Shown here piece by piece: positions 43,501 through 55,190 of a DNA stretch of 64,000 nt; within the stretch, counting starts at the first letter, position 1; every line of letters begins with the position of its first letter. This DNA is from Klebsormidium nitens (Eukaryota > Plantae > Klebsormidiophyceae), in the NCBI GenBank assembly GCA_000708835.1, contig DF237023.1, positions 1 to 64,000 of the forward strand, read 5' to 3'. A program made the position numbers and the translations under genes. A model generated the notes under the pieces. That model searched no databases. It was given only the letters and a program-made list of their open reading frames with translations, and was not told the DNA's origin.

Positions 43501-46500
43501 ATACTTTCTCTTTCAGCTTCTTTTCATGCGTGGAGCCTTTTCTTGTCGTTGCTTTCCTGACTTGCGCCTTTCTTTCTTAACGAAAGAGAAATAAAGAAAT
43601 ATGCTTCATATCGTTTTCAGAAAGTCAGAGCATGTTCTGCCAGATTTTGAATGAAGGCAGGGAAAGATCGACTGCACGTTTTGCAGAGGCCAACGATCCG
43701 ATCATTGCTGGAATCGAGAGTCGAAAGCCGACGCTCCGAAGTGCTGCGAAACGCCAGAACGAACCGGTGCTTACGTCAGCATGTTCTCGACGATGTCGCG
43801 CGCGTGCACGTCGATGGTGATGAGCGCCGCCAGGATCTTGCGCTCCAGCGACGCGAGCTTCCCGCGCACCAGCTCCGACAGCTGCTCCAGCTGCCGCACG
43901 CACTGCGCGCGGAACGCGCCCAGCGCGGCCGCGACGCCCGACGCGGCCGCGGCCGCGTCGTCGCCCGCGCCGGCCGCGAGGCACGCCTCGACGTCGCGGC
44001 ACCAGTAGATCTGGCTAACCATGAGCACCAACTGCGCGGCCTGCTGGAGGACCCACTGCTTGCGCTCCTTTTTGGGGTAGTCAAGGTAACCCGATTTCGC
44101 TAACTTGCGCAGCGACTGCACCATGTTCTGCTCGACGGCGGTCAGCCACTGCTCCACGTTGCCGCGCGCCTTCAGGTTCTTGCCCAGGTTAACCCGCTCG
44201 TTTTCGGAGCTAACCATGGCGAAGATGTCGATGGATTTTGGGTCATCGCCGAAGTCGAGCGAGCGGATTCCGTCGAAGCACTTGGACATGTGCGGCTGAA
44301 CGGCTTGCACGTTGCGCGTCTGCGCGAGGATCTCGAGAAGCTCGTCGTTGGAGAGGAAGTAGAAGCGGGGAAACGCCATGCGCTTGGTCTCCAGATAGTC
44401 CTCCAGGTTCTTTTGGATCTGCGAGGGAAAAAGGATGAGAAAGCAGGTAAGTTGTTGGCCTGTGCGCTTCCTATCTCTTTCGGAAAATCTGGAGCCTACT
44501 TTTGGATCCGGCGAACTCTAAGTTTCGCACGCATTCTTCTGAAGGGTGATCGCAAACACTCCTTTCTGAATCTTTTCCAACTACTTTCAGAAGCAAGATT
44601 CGAACTGATTAACAAGAAAATGGCGCTAGATGAGCGAGTCGTGCTGCAGCCACCCTTCTCTTGTTATCCTTGTTTTGCTATCTTTTTTTGCTTCAAAGGT
44701 CCTACTTATGACTTATCATTTATTGCCTACGTTTATAAGTTTTGTGTATCATCAACAAGGTTTTCCAGTCTTTTGAAGGAATCAAAATTGTTTCTCATTG
44801 AGTTCCCGCCCACCTTCTCGAGGCTCTCATTGCTCTTGGTGAAGATCTCTAGCCACCCCGGCGTCGTCCCTGCCTGTAGCGCGTTGGAGCGGTCCCGTGT
44901 CCGCCGCATGATCTCCTGCACCGCGGAGAAAATTGAGAGCGTGTCAAAAGTGGGCCAAAATCCTAGTGGAAAACGTTTTTATTCAGAAGAAGAGTGTTCC
45001 AAGTGTATACGCTCGCAGTGAAAGATTTCCGTGGTTCCGTTAAGACGATTCAAATACAATTCTGAGTATGTACTGCTCTGAGTATGATGCAGCTTATTGA
45101 ACGAGACGCATAGATTCATGAAGAAGTAAAGAACCGAACGTTTCAAAAAAAGCGAATTCCAGGCCTTTTCTCCTCTTCAAAGGATTAGAGCTTGAGCGAC
45201 TGACGCGTCGCCTAACCCTTTCTAAAAAACAAACCGTTTTCGACACAGCTCTAGGCACAGATAAAGCAGACCAAAAAGCTGGTTTCTGTGCGCGCGCGCT
45301 TTTTGAAACGGCTTCCTATGCGCACGCTCGCGCGCACCTTGAATTGCTTGTCGACGGAGGCAAAGGCCTTGGCCTCGTTGGGCAGCTGGCGCTGGATGTC
45401 GGGCGCGCTGAAGATAGACTCGAGGTACATCCAGTTCTTCTGGCACTCCAGCCACGCGTCCAGCACCTCCTGGAACAGCCGTAGAGCCTTCTCCAGCTTC
45501 TCCACCTGGCAGGGAAGAAACCCAAGTTTTATTAACTGGGGAACGTATTGAGGATGCTTTCTGGGTTCGTTTCAAGGCTTTTCTCGTAAATCAAAACCGA
45601 GCGCGGAGTCCATTTCGGTCGTCCAGCACCTTTTGGAACAGCCGCAGCGCCTTCTCCAGCTTCTCCACCTGCCGAACAGAGCAAACCCGGATGTGAGGAA
45701 TGAGTAGAAGATATGCCATTCACTTGGCAGTCTCTTTCTGGGTTCGAGCCCGGGGCCTAATCTCGTCGGTCAGCGCCTTCTCCAGCTTCTCCACCCGGCG
45801 AAGGGAGAAAGCCAGCTTTTTAGTATTAGAGAACGATTCTGAAATCCATTATGTATCCGGATTCGAGCCCGGGAGACTAGTCCCGTCGACGAGCATCTGG
45901 AATGTCTGCAACAGCTGCTTCAGTTTCTCTACCAAGGCACGTTAAATATGCAGCATTCAGACTGAGGGCTCCGGAGTTTTGAGAAGTTGAGGCTGTGACA
46001 TGGAGTCACGTTCTCTTCCCCCTCAAAAAGACTCAAGAACAAGGATCGAAGTTTCGTGTTGAGCAACTCTTTCAAAGGACAGGCCCTTCGTAAGCTTCAC
46101 ACAGCGCGAGAATGGGGAAACGGTACTCGCAAAATAGATGACTTGGCCCCAGATTCCACTTCGGTCCGAAGTGCCCGCGACGTAACGTGAAGCCGTGATG
46201 ACGCTCATGGTGACTCTAATTTAGTTCTGCAGACAACTCGCATTTTTATCTACAATAATCCGGTGTAATGTCCGCCAACCAAAGGGATGGGCGTTTAGCA
46301 TTCAAAACTTTACATCTTGTTTTTGTTGAAGACGGCATTCGGCTATAAACTACCTCAGTTCTGATGCCCGCGACGTAGCTTGACGCGCTTATGACGCCCT
46401 TGGTAAACTTGAGCTCTTCTCACGACCACTCGCATAACCACTCCCTATAACATGATGTGTTGTCAGCCAATCAAAAGAAGGGTTCTCGCAAAACCGTAAG

Positions 46501-49500
46501 TTCTTCGAAAGCCCTACCTCAGTTCTGATGCCGGCGACGTAGCGTGACGCGGTGATGACGCCCATGGTGACCATGGAATCTTCCAGCGCGGCGGTGACGT
46601 CCTCCACCCCCCCCAGGATAAACACGTCCTTGCTGTCCTTGTACGGCTTCACCGCGAACTCGACGTCCGCCCACTTTCCTTGCACCTTCTTCAGCAGCTC
46701 CTCCAAGGCTTGCTCCTGCGAAGGGGGGTGGAAATAGTGTTTCAAAATGGGGGGGTAAAAGTGCAGGACGAGAAGGGGGGAACACTACCCCTCCGCCGTC
46801 TTCAGCAGCTCCTTTAGCGCTTGCTCCTGCACAGGGGGGAGGAAATGGTAGTGAGATTTGTGTGGAGCATCGGATTTTGGGGAGGAGACGTGCAAGTATC
46901 AAAGAAGGGGACACTCCTAGACGTGATAAGCGGCATTTCCAGCTTTTGACCCTGCGCAAAGTGGGAGGAAAGTAAGAAACGGACAAGAATCCAGTGAGGG
47001 CATATAGGCTCTACTGCGCACAAAGGGTGCCTCCAATGTCTTCCCCACCTTTCCGTTGAAGCGATGACCGCTCTACAAACCAAACCACTGTTTCCATCAG
47101 GGAACGCCGAGATTTGTAAAAGTACCGAAAAATGCGCGGCTCGCCTCTCAAGCAAATACATAACCAAATTCTGCCCAAAATCCTCTCACTGCCCCACCGC
47201 CCCTCTTCAAACGTGCTAAAGCTTGGCACCAACTCAGAGCCGGTCTCATACCTGAGTGGCCTCTGTCGACACCGTGGCGATGACGTCCTTGTGTGACGTC
47301 ACGTGCATGTCGAGCAGCGCGCCCAGCGTGAGCTCCCCTTCGACGTCGATGGGCTGCCCCAGTTCCGCCTCGATCCGCTCCCAGTGCCGGTCCTTGAGGG
47401 CCTTGTTCCGCAGGTTGCTGATGACCGGGAGAATCAGCTTGTACTCCTCCACGCGGCGCTTTAGCTCGGGAACAAGCCTGCGGGTGGAAAACAAGGCCTC
47501 CTGAATTGGATATGCTTTGGGAACGGGGGGGGTTGGATACAAGGCCTACCTGGTCTCGGTTGTGCAGCGAAGATTCCTTAGCAGGACCTAAGGCGCTCGT
47601 TAGCGTGGGCATCTTGTACAAAAAGACCGTTCCAGGACCTGCCTGAAAGAAACAGTTTGCAGAGTCGAGAAACCTTCTTAGCGTGATCCGCGAAGCCTTT
47701 CGCAGAAGGGCAATTGTAGGTATGGTCAACGAGGCAGTCGCTGGAGTCTTCTGACTCTCAACACTATGCAATCATTTTTTCACTGACCGGTCTCTCCATT
47801 CAATCCGAGTTTCGACCCTGTTCTCAAGGATTACCGTTTTGTCTCGAAATTTGAAGTCGGGCTTGATCGTACCAATGTACCTTTCCCGGTTGACGAGAGC
47901 GAATGAAGTCCACTTAGGATCTCATAATCCCCAGAAGTTCAGGACTTTGCTGTCCAACTACCAAATTAAGCCACGTAGTGCGCGCGCGCTCACTTATTGG
48001 GCGGCAGCCCGCGCTCCAGCTTCATGACCTGCTTCACGTATTTCTGCACCATCTCCTCCAGGCCTGCCACGTCGATGCTCTGGAATGACGTGGCCGCCCA
48101 TCCATCCGTCAGATCCGCCCAGTCACGGCCGCCTTCCCACAGTAAGCGCTTCAGCTCCACTTCTTCTGCCGCCACTCGGATGTCGTCGAATTCGGACTCG
48201 GGGACCTACAATCAGGCAAACAGGCGGGATTTCTGGGTGCTTGAGTAACAGGTAAATTGCGTCCCGACCTAACAAACTGCTCCTTGATACTTTGACATTT
48301 TGCGGAAGTTCTGTTCGAAGGGTATGACGAGCTTTGATTTGATCTTATCTAGCTTCAGCAGAGCTCATTTCGCACTAGACATTTGACCCAATTCTTTACA
48401 AGGCCACCCTATTTCTTGGGATCTGAAAAAGCATTCTTGCTCGGCGAATTGCTTGACGTTACTCGATCCGCTTCGTATTGCAGGGGTTTCACAAGAAACT
48501 CCTTTAGCAGACTTGAACGAAAGGGATTCCTAGCGGGTGTTCCGGGCAGTCGCACCTGGAAGAGCTGCTGGTATTTCTTGATGTTCTTGGCCTTCTCCAG
48601 CTGAACGCCCACGTCTTCCACCAGCTTGCCCACCAAACCCAAGACGGTCTCCTGGTCCGCATCTGCAGAAAGGTGGAATCTTCGAACTTCAGGACTCCGC
48701 TATTTCGAGGGTATTTCAGAATTTTGGGCATGTCCGACAAGGAACTGCTTCATTCTGAGGGTCGAGTAATTGTCTACCATGTTTCGTCAGGGGTTCGAAG
48801 CGCCGCAAAGCTGCAGTGCGAGACGTAGATCTCAACAAAAATGGTGAGCTCTTGGAACTTCGTCTATAGAGCGTCTGCAAGTTGGAACACTATAAGATCG
48901 CGCTTCCATTCTGAAAAGGATTCCCTTCCTCTGATACTTCCTCTGATAGTGAAAACTGAATGTCGAAGACGTAGATGTAAAGATGCGTTCTTACTCTCAT
49001 CCAGCAGAATCTCGCTCTGCGCCTGCTGCCGGATGTCCGTCACGGCGACTTGCACGCCCTGGCTCTGCGCCTCCAGGTCGCTGCTGAAGCCCTTCACTTG
49101 GTCGTCTTTTCCAGCTTCCGCGACGTCGATCGCGTTTTTGAACGCGAGGAAGTCGGGGTTTAGGGTTTGGTATGCCGCGTGATCCATTTCGGGGACGGTT
49201 ATGTTTTCCTCCTCCATCAGTGTGTAGTGCCGGACGACTTCCGCGTAGCGGTCTTCGAACTCGTCGCGGCGCGCGAGCATGGTCTGCACAGGATAAGGGA
49301 CTGAGATCAGATTCCGAACCCTTCGAACAACTTAGCAAGAAGTATATCTGGTTGTTGACTTCATTCTGATTCTTAGGATATAACAGATTGTTAGGTATAG
49401 AGACGGATTGACTGCATCAAACACGAACGACGTGCCCGTCATGACGGGATCGGTACTTGATTCTGATTGGCTCCGGGCCCGCGGGCTGTTTTCGCACGGC

Positions 49501-52500
49501 GTTCTGATTCTATGAAAGGCACATCTTCGACCAAGACTTTGCACTTGGCAGAGCATGTGCTTTTTAAAAAGGTTTGGAAAACCGTCGGTCCCCGTCCAGA
49601 ACATGGAGGTCTCTACCACCTGTAAAACTAAAGTAGAACCTGTCACGAAAGGGGTTGAGAATAGATTAGAAAACCAGATCCTCTGCGCCCACCTGGAGGA
49701 ACCGGACGTGCTCCACAAACTCCTCCACCGTGCCCGGGTTAGCCGTTAACCGGGCGGTCGCATCGTGCACGTCAGAGATGAAATCCTGGTACTTTTGCGC
49801 GGCCAATTGGGGCAGAAGTGACGAGATCTTCTGCAGGCACTGCACCGGTCCTGGCAGGAGCGCGGTCTTGAGCTGCGCGCTGGAAATGCGCAAGATGCCC
49901 ACGTCGCGCGTTTCGGGCAGCGCGGTGATGTCCGCCTGCTGCGCGGTGAAGCGTGCGAGGTCGCCACGGAACGTGTCTAAGGTGCGCGCGCCGGAAAGGA
50001 CCTGCGACCAAGAGACGGCGGAAAATATTACGCGCAGAGTTGCGAGATGCGTAGACTTAGTCTCATCCTAGACTCGTCTCACGTTCCCGTCAATTTCTTT
50101 GCACTTATATTCTTTCTCTCGTCTTCTGCATTGAGACATCGCTTCGTTTCAGACACTTCAAACCTGGAAGCTTGAGTTTGAGAATCCCTTTTCAAGCGTT
50201 CCACGCTTGATGCCGCTTGCTCTTCAAAGTTTGCAAAGCTCGGGCCTTTGTTCCTCTCTCATGCATGCCTCACTGGGGCAACCTCATACAACTATCCACC
50301 GGACGGCTTGACTCGTTAACACAAGACTGTAACCTCCTTGCGCGCTATACATCGTCACCCAAAAGTGCGCGCCCTCACCTGCTCGCGCATCCCCTCGATC
50401 GTCACCGCGCGGTCCTCAATCGTCAGTTTCAGCAGCGGCAGGAAGCACGCCGCGAACGCCTCAGCCCCCCGGAACGCCTCCAGGAAGCGCTCGCGCACTT
50501 CTTCTATGAGCTCGCTGTGCAGTTCGTCCCCGACTAGCTCCGTGAGCGTCCCCGCTTCGGGGGGGTCGTGCCCTTCTTGCTCCACGAACTGCGCGAGGCG
50601 GCTGTGGTGCAGAACGCGCTCGACGCCCTCCAGGGTTTGGAGAAACCCTTGCAGGACGTCACCCACCTGACGGAGGAGAAGTAGGAAGATCAGACGAAAT
50701 CGCTCTGGGAGAATGTAATTCTTCGTTTTCAAAAAACGCGTCAATCGACAAGAAATGAGTGTTGTAGGAACTCTGAGTCGCTTTCAAAACCGGTCAAATT
50801 CCCTGTGTTTAAGGCACGTCAAAATTTCGAAGGGGCCGTCACAGGGCGGCCAGTTCACCCGTGTATCCAGCTTCAAGATTACTGAAGCAAGCAGTGACCA
50901 TTACGACCGTTCAGATCAGCCAGTAAGCGTTCCTTCTTCCAGAATTACATTGGGATCGTGTAAGCAAAGGTTTCGGTTGTGCGTAGACGGAAAGATGGTA
51001 TTCTGCAGGCAGCTTACCTTCGTTTGAAAAGCAATTTGCGACGGCTCGAAGACCAGCTGATCCTCATCCATAACCACCTCCACTCGGAACAGGGGCAAAG
51101 CCCCTGTCTTCTCCGCTCCCCCCCCCTCCGTTTCCCCACCATCCACCTGCATTTCCTCCCCCCCATTTGTAGACCCCTCCGAAACGCTCGAATCCTCGGA
51201 TCCCCTCACACGATCCGCCTCGTCGATAATTATCCTCGCCAGAATCTCCTGAATGCTCTCGATCAATAGCGCGTGCAGGCTGCCGCATAGCATATAGTCC
51301 GCCAGGCGAATGAAGTTCAATAGCTTCCGCTGCTCCGACCGCCGCGCGGCGGTGATAGCGTATGAGAAGCGCTCCCCGTCCGCCTCCTGCCCCGGGCGCT
51401 TCGTCTGCGCGGCCGCGCCGCCCAGTTTGCCCGTCTTGAGCGCTGCGGTAACGGTGCCCGCTCGAGCCGTTGCCGTGCGCGAGCGGGTATCGCCCGCGGC
51501 CGCGGCCGCGTCGGCGTCTCCCTTGCCGAAGAGCTTCTCGTCGAGAGCGTCGAGGGCGGATTGACAGGCCATGCAGACCGTCTCGAGAGCGCCCTCCGAA
51601 AACTGCGCGGCCAGAAGCGGGGCAATCGAGTGTCGTTGCGAGTATGAAAGTGAGACAATAGCTGTTGGGGTGCTTTAAGGATATGCGGACACGATACGGA
51701 CGTAAGGTTCGCCACGAAGTAACAGACGTAAACAGCGAGCAGAGATGTGCAGCCGCTGAGTATCTCGATATCGATCGCAAGCCAGAGACGTTTCGAAACG
51801 GAATCTGTGTCGGGAAAGAGGCTTCACTTCGTGTTCCACGCATCTTGGCGGCCCTCAAGGTGGGCGTGGCCATGCATGGACACCCCAAGGCCATCTAGGG
51901 TGGTGGGGGCCCAGATTGATCGAAGTTGCAATCTGGTCCGTCAAAACAAGACTCCGTTGCACGACGTGCGCATTTCCGGAGCCTTGAAGTCGGACGCCCA
52001 CTTTAATCAGCGCGATCGAGCCGCGTCCGGCCCGAGTCGGTCAGATACACGCAAAGATTGACAAATTTAATGAAATAAATTTTCAAATATGACCAGATTT
52101 CCAACAAACCGACCAAATCTCCTTATTCACCAGATGACTGGGCGAAACGAGTGGCTTGGAATCGGCGAAGCGCCCCTCACCTCTTTCAGGATCGCCCCGA
52201 TCTGCTCCTTCTTCTCGAGCTGGCTGGTGACGAAAAGCTCCAAAGTGTACAGCACGCCGTCCTCCACCTTGTGCATGCGCAGCGCGGAGACCTCGTGGCA
52301 CACCTGGCAGAGCGACACGTGGCAAGCTTTGGGATCTGCTGAAGCTTGCCAACATGCCGCCTCTTGAAGAAACGGAAGCGCGGGGATTTTCAGGAGGCTT
52401 CGCTAAAGAGAAGCCCGCTCAGAAAGGAAACGGGCCTGCTCTCGGTTTGTTTCATGGGACAATTCAAGATCATCGCTGAGAAAAGGTCTCGGCAAGGCAA

Positions 52501-55190
52501 TGGCATCATAAAACGCCCTTAAAAGGCAGGAAAACGCTGCTGTTAGCTCCAGACTCGCTGATAGAAAGGCCCCTTTTTCTGCGTCCTCCGAAGCCCCACC
52601 TTCTTGACTTGCTGCAGCGAATTCTGGAACATAGAAGCAATCCAAAGGAAACCCCTGACAAGAAACGAAATCGAACGATTCTTTGATATGCGGAATCTGG
52701 TCTGTAGATGCTTACTTGATGAAGCCCACACCCTGAAAACAATGTCGGCGTCCGTCTCACCTTTTTGATCTGCTGCAGCGGTTTCTGGAACATGGGGTTG
52801 AGGAAGAAGAGGTTGCGCTCCAGCACCCCGCGACACGCGTGCATCTTCTTCTGCCGCACGAACCGCTTCCACGTGGCAAAGCTCTTCCAGCTCTTGTACT
52901 GCGGCGGGAAGCCAACTTTGGTGAGATTTAGATGAAAGAATTTCGTGAGACTGCAATGAACTTCGTCAACGCTTAACAGAGTCGACCAACGAAAACAAAT
53001 AACGGCGAGAAGGAAAGAGCGGCCGCTCGAGCATGAGGTGAATTTTAAAACGCGAGAGAGTATTGACTATGCCGGCCGCGCTAGAGACGACACGTATAAT
53101 GCACCAACATGATTGTTTCTTGCGAGATCGGAAATTAATCACCCGCGCTTTTGCACACGCGCGAACGGCTCGCGCTTCTGACATTTAAGAACCCAAATTT
53201 GTCCTTCTGCTGATCACGTGCACTGTAAGTCGAGCGCCGCTGCCAAACAAAGCTCTTCGAAGACTTGCCAGCGAGAAAAGGTCTCGCTGCTTTCTCCAAT
53301 CGCCTTACCTGCCGGAAGATCTTGAGCGTGCTGATGAGGTTGAACAAGTGGTACTCCCGCTCCCACTGATCCAACGGAGTGAAGTCTGCAAAAACATTGG
53401 GACCCCTTGTGAGTTGCCGGACCTGTGCACTGCTCTTGAGAACCTTTCGCAGTACCCACGCTTTCAGCAGCCGGCAATTGGATGCCAGACCGTTGGAACT
53501 TTGCCAGGATCAGTGTGGTCTATCGATTGAGACACTCACCGGCGCAAAGTTTCGTGCAGAAGCTGGGTATGCCTTTCAATCTTCTGGGAAATCCCTGTAC
53601 CGCTCTGATTGAAACGGACCGAACGTATGGATACTAGGTCCCTGAAAGAGCGTTCAACCACCCGCAGCAAGTCAGGCGTGCGTGTGCAATTCCTGCCTCA
53701 GCTATCATCATCGCCCTGGCAACGACCGGGCAATCCAACATAATTCTAACTCGAAAGGAACAAGCGCTTTGGAACGCAACTGCTTGTTACCACTCCCATC
53801 CGCCTGCCCACATATAACCTTGCTCGTTAGAGACCAACCTAACCAAGGAACTAGAGTGACAGAAAGCGGACCTGCGGCCCCAGCTGTGAAGCGCGTAACT
53901 TTGTGACCATTCAACAAAGGAACTAGAGCGAGGAAAAGCGCACCTGCGGCCCCGGCCGTGAAGCGCGTGACTCCCGCCATGCTCATGGTGTAAAAGTCGT
54001 TCTGGTCGACGTCCGAGTGGCCCACAATTTCGAGGTCGTACGGGTTGTAAACCGTGACGTCCTGCTTGGCGGGCCGCAGGTAAATGAACTCCAGGCTAGT
54101 TCGCCGCTCGCGCAGTTGTTCTGTTGGGGCTGGGTCAAGGTCCGTTTCAAAGAAAGGCAGAATGGAGCGACATTCGCCTCGAATGCGAATGGAAAAGGGG
54201 ATCGAAGGAGCCAGTGAGAGGTGCTGCTGGTCGAAAGAAGCGAAGCAAGTAAAAGGGCCCAAAGACAGAGAGGCGTTAATGCAGGTAAGGAACATCTAAT
54301 CCCACTCTGAGCTAGCTCGCTCGGGCACATGGGGCCGACACGGACCTAGACATTGGGTTTTGAAAAGGGTCAACACCGGTGTCAAAGCCAGTGAAGCATG
54401 GAGAGCTAACCTAGCTAGCATCCATGACCTTCCTAAAGGGTTACCAATCTACCCAGAAGCGCCATTGCTGTGCGTGGTGGCAGCTAACCAGGGTCGAACA
54501 AATGGAGTTCAAAGAGGCCTCTGGCAGCAGCATTACAGCCCTTCAGTCGCCAGCACAACTGGCTCTTATGTGAAGAGCCCTCTGGAATGAGAAGAGCTGT
54601 GCATGAAAATTACATACCGGATATTGCAACAAACTGAGAGTGCGGGCCACCTCAAACAAAGGCCGCAAAGTGAGGATACTCAAAAACAGAAACCACGGCC
54701 GGTCCTCCGCCGGCGTTTGCTGCCCCGCTCTTGACCCGCCCCGCACTCCCCTCGGTTTCCGCACGGGCTGCAGCTCCTCCGCCAGCCGGATCTTCTTTTG
54801 TCCCTCCCCTAGTTGTTTCGGCAGCCCCCCTTCCGGAGTGGGCAACCGATTGGCGGCCGCTTTTTCTGTTAGGGGGGGCAGAACCGTCGTCTTCTTTGCA
54901 GCCGCAAACAGGGGCCGCTTCAGGGGGTTCAGCGCGCCTGGAACGAGCCTAGCTGCGGTGGCCCCTGAAATGTTTGCAGCTGGGGGAGTGTTACCAACTA
55001 GAATGGGGCCCTGTATTGGGGCCAAAGGCTGGAGCAGCTTGCTGAACGGCGACCCCCGCTTGAGACTGTTCCCGTTCTGTGACGCGAGGTAAAGCGACGC
55101 CTCAAGCGCGCGGGACCCGTTCAGCACTGCGACGCTGACGGGGGGCTCCTCGTCAGGGGCCCCCATGATTGCGTCAGCAGGGGGCGTCAT
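25505..55190 (-). CDS. DNAH6: Axonemal single-headed inner-arm-type dynein heavy chain, DNAH6-like, ~4100 aa, ~38 exons
   Basis: P-loops: AAA1 GGAPAGPAG|[12 protein letters not shown] (42690-42190), AAA2 GPTGGGKTT (~40340), AAA3 GVSGVGKS (~38030), AAA4 GVGGSGKQS (~36070). Also stalk/[56 protein letters not shown], and C-terminus [24 protein letters not shown]...[10 protein letters not shown]-terminal YLRP..YNPYDL fits the DNAH6 type. Summed exon length ~12.3 kb. First-exon donor not resolved; DNAH6 orthology is from recalled motifs. Confidence 0.93.
28136..28195 (-). repeat. Intronic echo of dynein exon 3' end, donor mutated GT>AT
   Basis: ttctacgccgtcaccaaggccgctcgattggaacgtcag|atggg versus real ttccacgccgtcatccag...ccgctcggctggaacgtcag|gtggg (ends 28262); offset 122 nt. 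Confidence 0.8.
28547..28600 (-). repeat. Intronic echo of dynein acceptor plus exon start (NGIKITNEP)
   Basis: ttttttacag|aacggcatcaagatcacgaacgagccg is identical for 27 nt to the real exon start at 28458; offset 118 nt. Confidence 0.92.
30311..30357. repeat. Short degenerate tandem repeat (ccagaaacacacag..accc) in a dynein intron
   Basis: ccagaaacacacagagaccc ccagaaacacacacagtaccc ccagaag. Confidence 0.7.
31861..31930 (-). repeat. Intronic echo of dynein exon 3' end with intact GT donor
   Basis: ~62 nt encoding [21 protein letters not shown]|gtggg versus real [21 protein letters not shown]|gtgag (ends 32012); offset 146 nt. Confidence 0.93.
34491..34560 (-). repeat. Intronic echo of dynein acceptor plus exon start
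   Basis: ctccttccag|aagaagacggactacattgccgcgaagaaggtga versus real ttcttccag|gagaagacggactgggacacagcgaagaaggtga (34419); offset 109 nt. Confidence 0.85.
39619..39690 (-). repeat. Intronic echo of dynein acceptor plus exon start, 1-nt deletion
   Basis: tacccag|gttcta-acgacaactgcgtgctgtgcctatgcaacggcgagcgcaccaag versus real aacccag|gttctggacgacaactgcgtgctgtgcctgcccaacggcgagcgcatcaag (39524); offset 145 nt. Confidence 0.92.
43001..43175 (-). repeat. Two intronic echoes of the dynein AAA1 exon end ([18 protein letters not shown])
   Basis: Copies end at 43130 (donor GT>AT) and 43006 (GT intact); real exon ends at 43249. Confidence 0.92.
45620..46410 (-). repeat. Five echoes in one 1-kb dynein intron: three of the downstream exon start, two of the upstream exon end
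   Basis: [12 protein letters not shown]-like copies start at 45668, 45794 and 45932. [11 protein letters not shown]-like copies at 46354-46405 and ~46168-46215. Confidence 0.92.
46785..46850 (-). repeat. Intronic echo of dynein acceptor plus exon start (EQALEELLK)
   Basis: cccccctgtgcag|gagcaagcgctaaaggagctgctgaag versus real ccccccttcgcag|gagcaagccttggaggagctgctgaag (46715); offset 111 nt. Confidence 0.9.
52597..52650 (-). repeat. Intronic echo of dynein exon end ([11 protein letters not shown]) with intact donor
   Basis: atgttccagaattcgctgcagcaagtcaagaag|gtggg versus real atgttccagaaaccgctgcagcagatcaaaaag|gtgag (52761); offset 161 nt. Confidence 0.85.
53842..53972 (-). repeat. 72-nt tandem duplication spanning a dynein exon end and donor
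   Basis: gtcacgcgcttcacggccggggccgcag|gtgcgcttttcctcgctctagttcctt versus gttacgcgcttcacagctggggccgcag|gtccgctttctgtcactctagttcctt. Confidence 0.93.

Noticed and set aside
45738-45875. GGTTCGAGCCC / GATTCGAGCCC resembling a tRNA T-loop or B-box (also GGTTCGAC near 4893)
   Set aside because: No cloverleaf or A-box is evident; the recurrence is explained by the tandem echo unit.
25505-55190. Many long + strand and alternative-frame ORFs in the track (e.g. 26912-27529, 30877-31326, 35017-35427, 37713-38171, 51064-51894)
   Set aside because: They are shadow ORFs of GC3-rich dynein exons with no recognisable motifs or independent splice structure.
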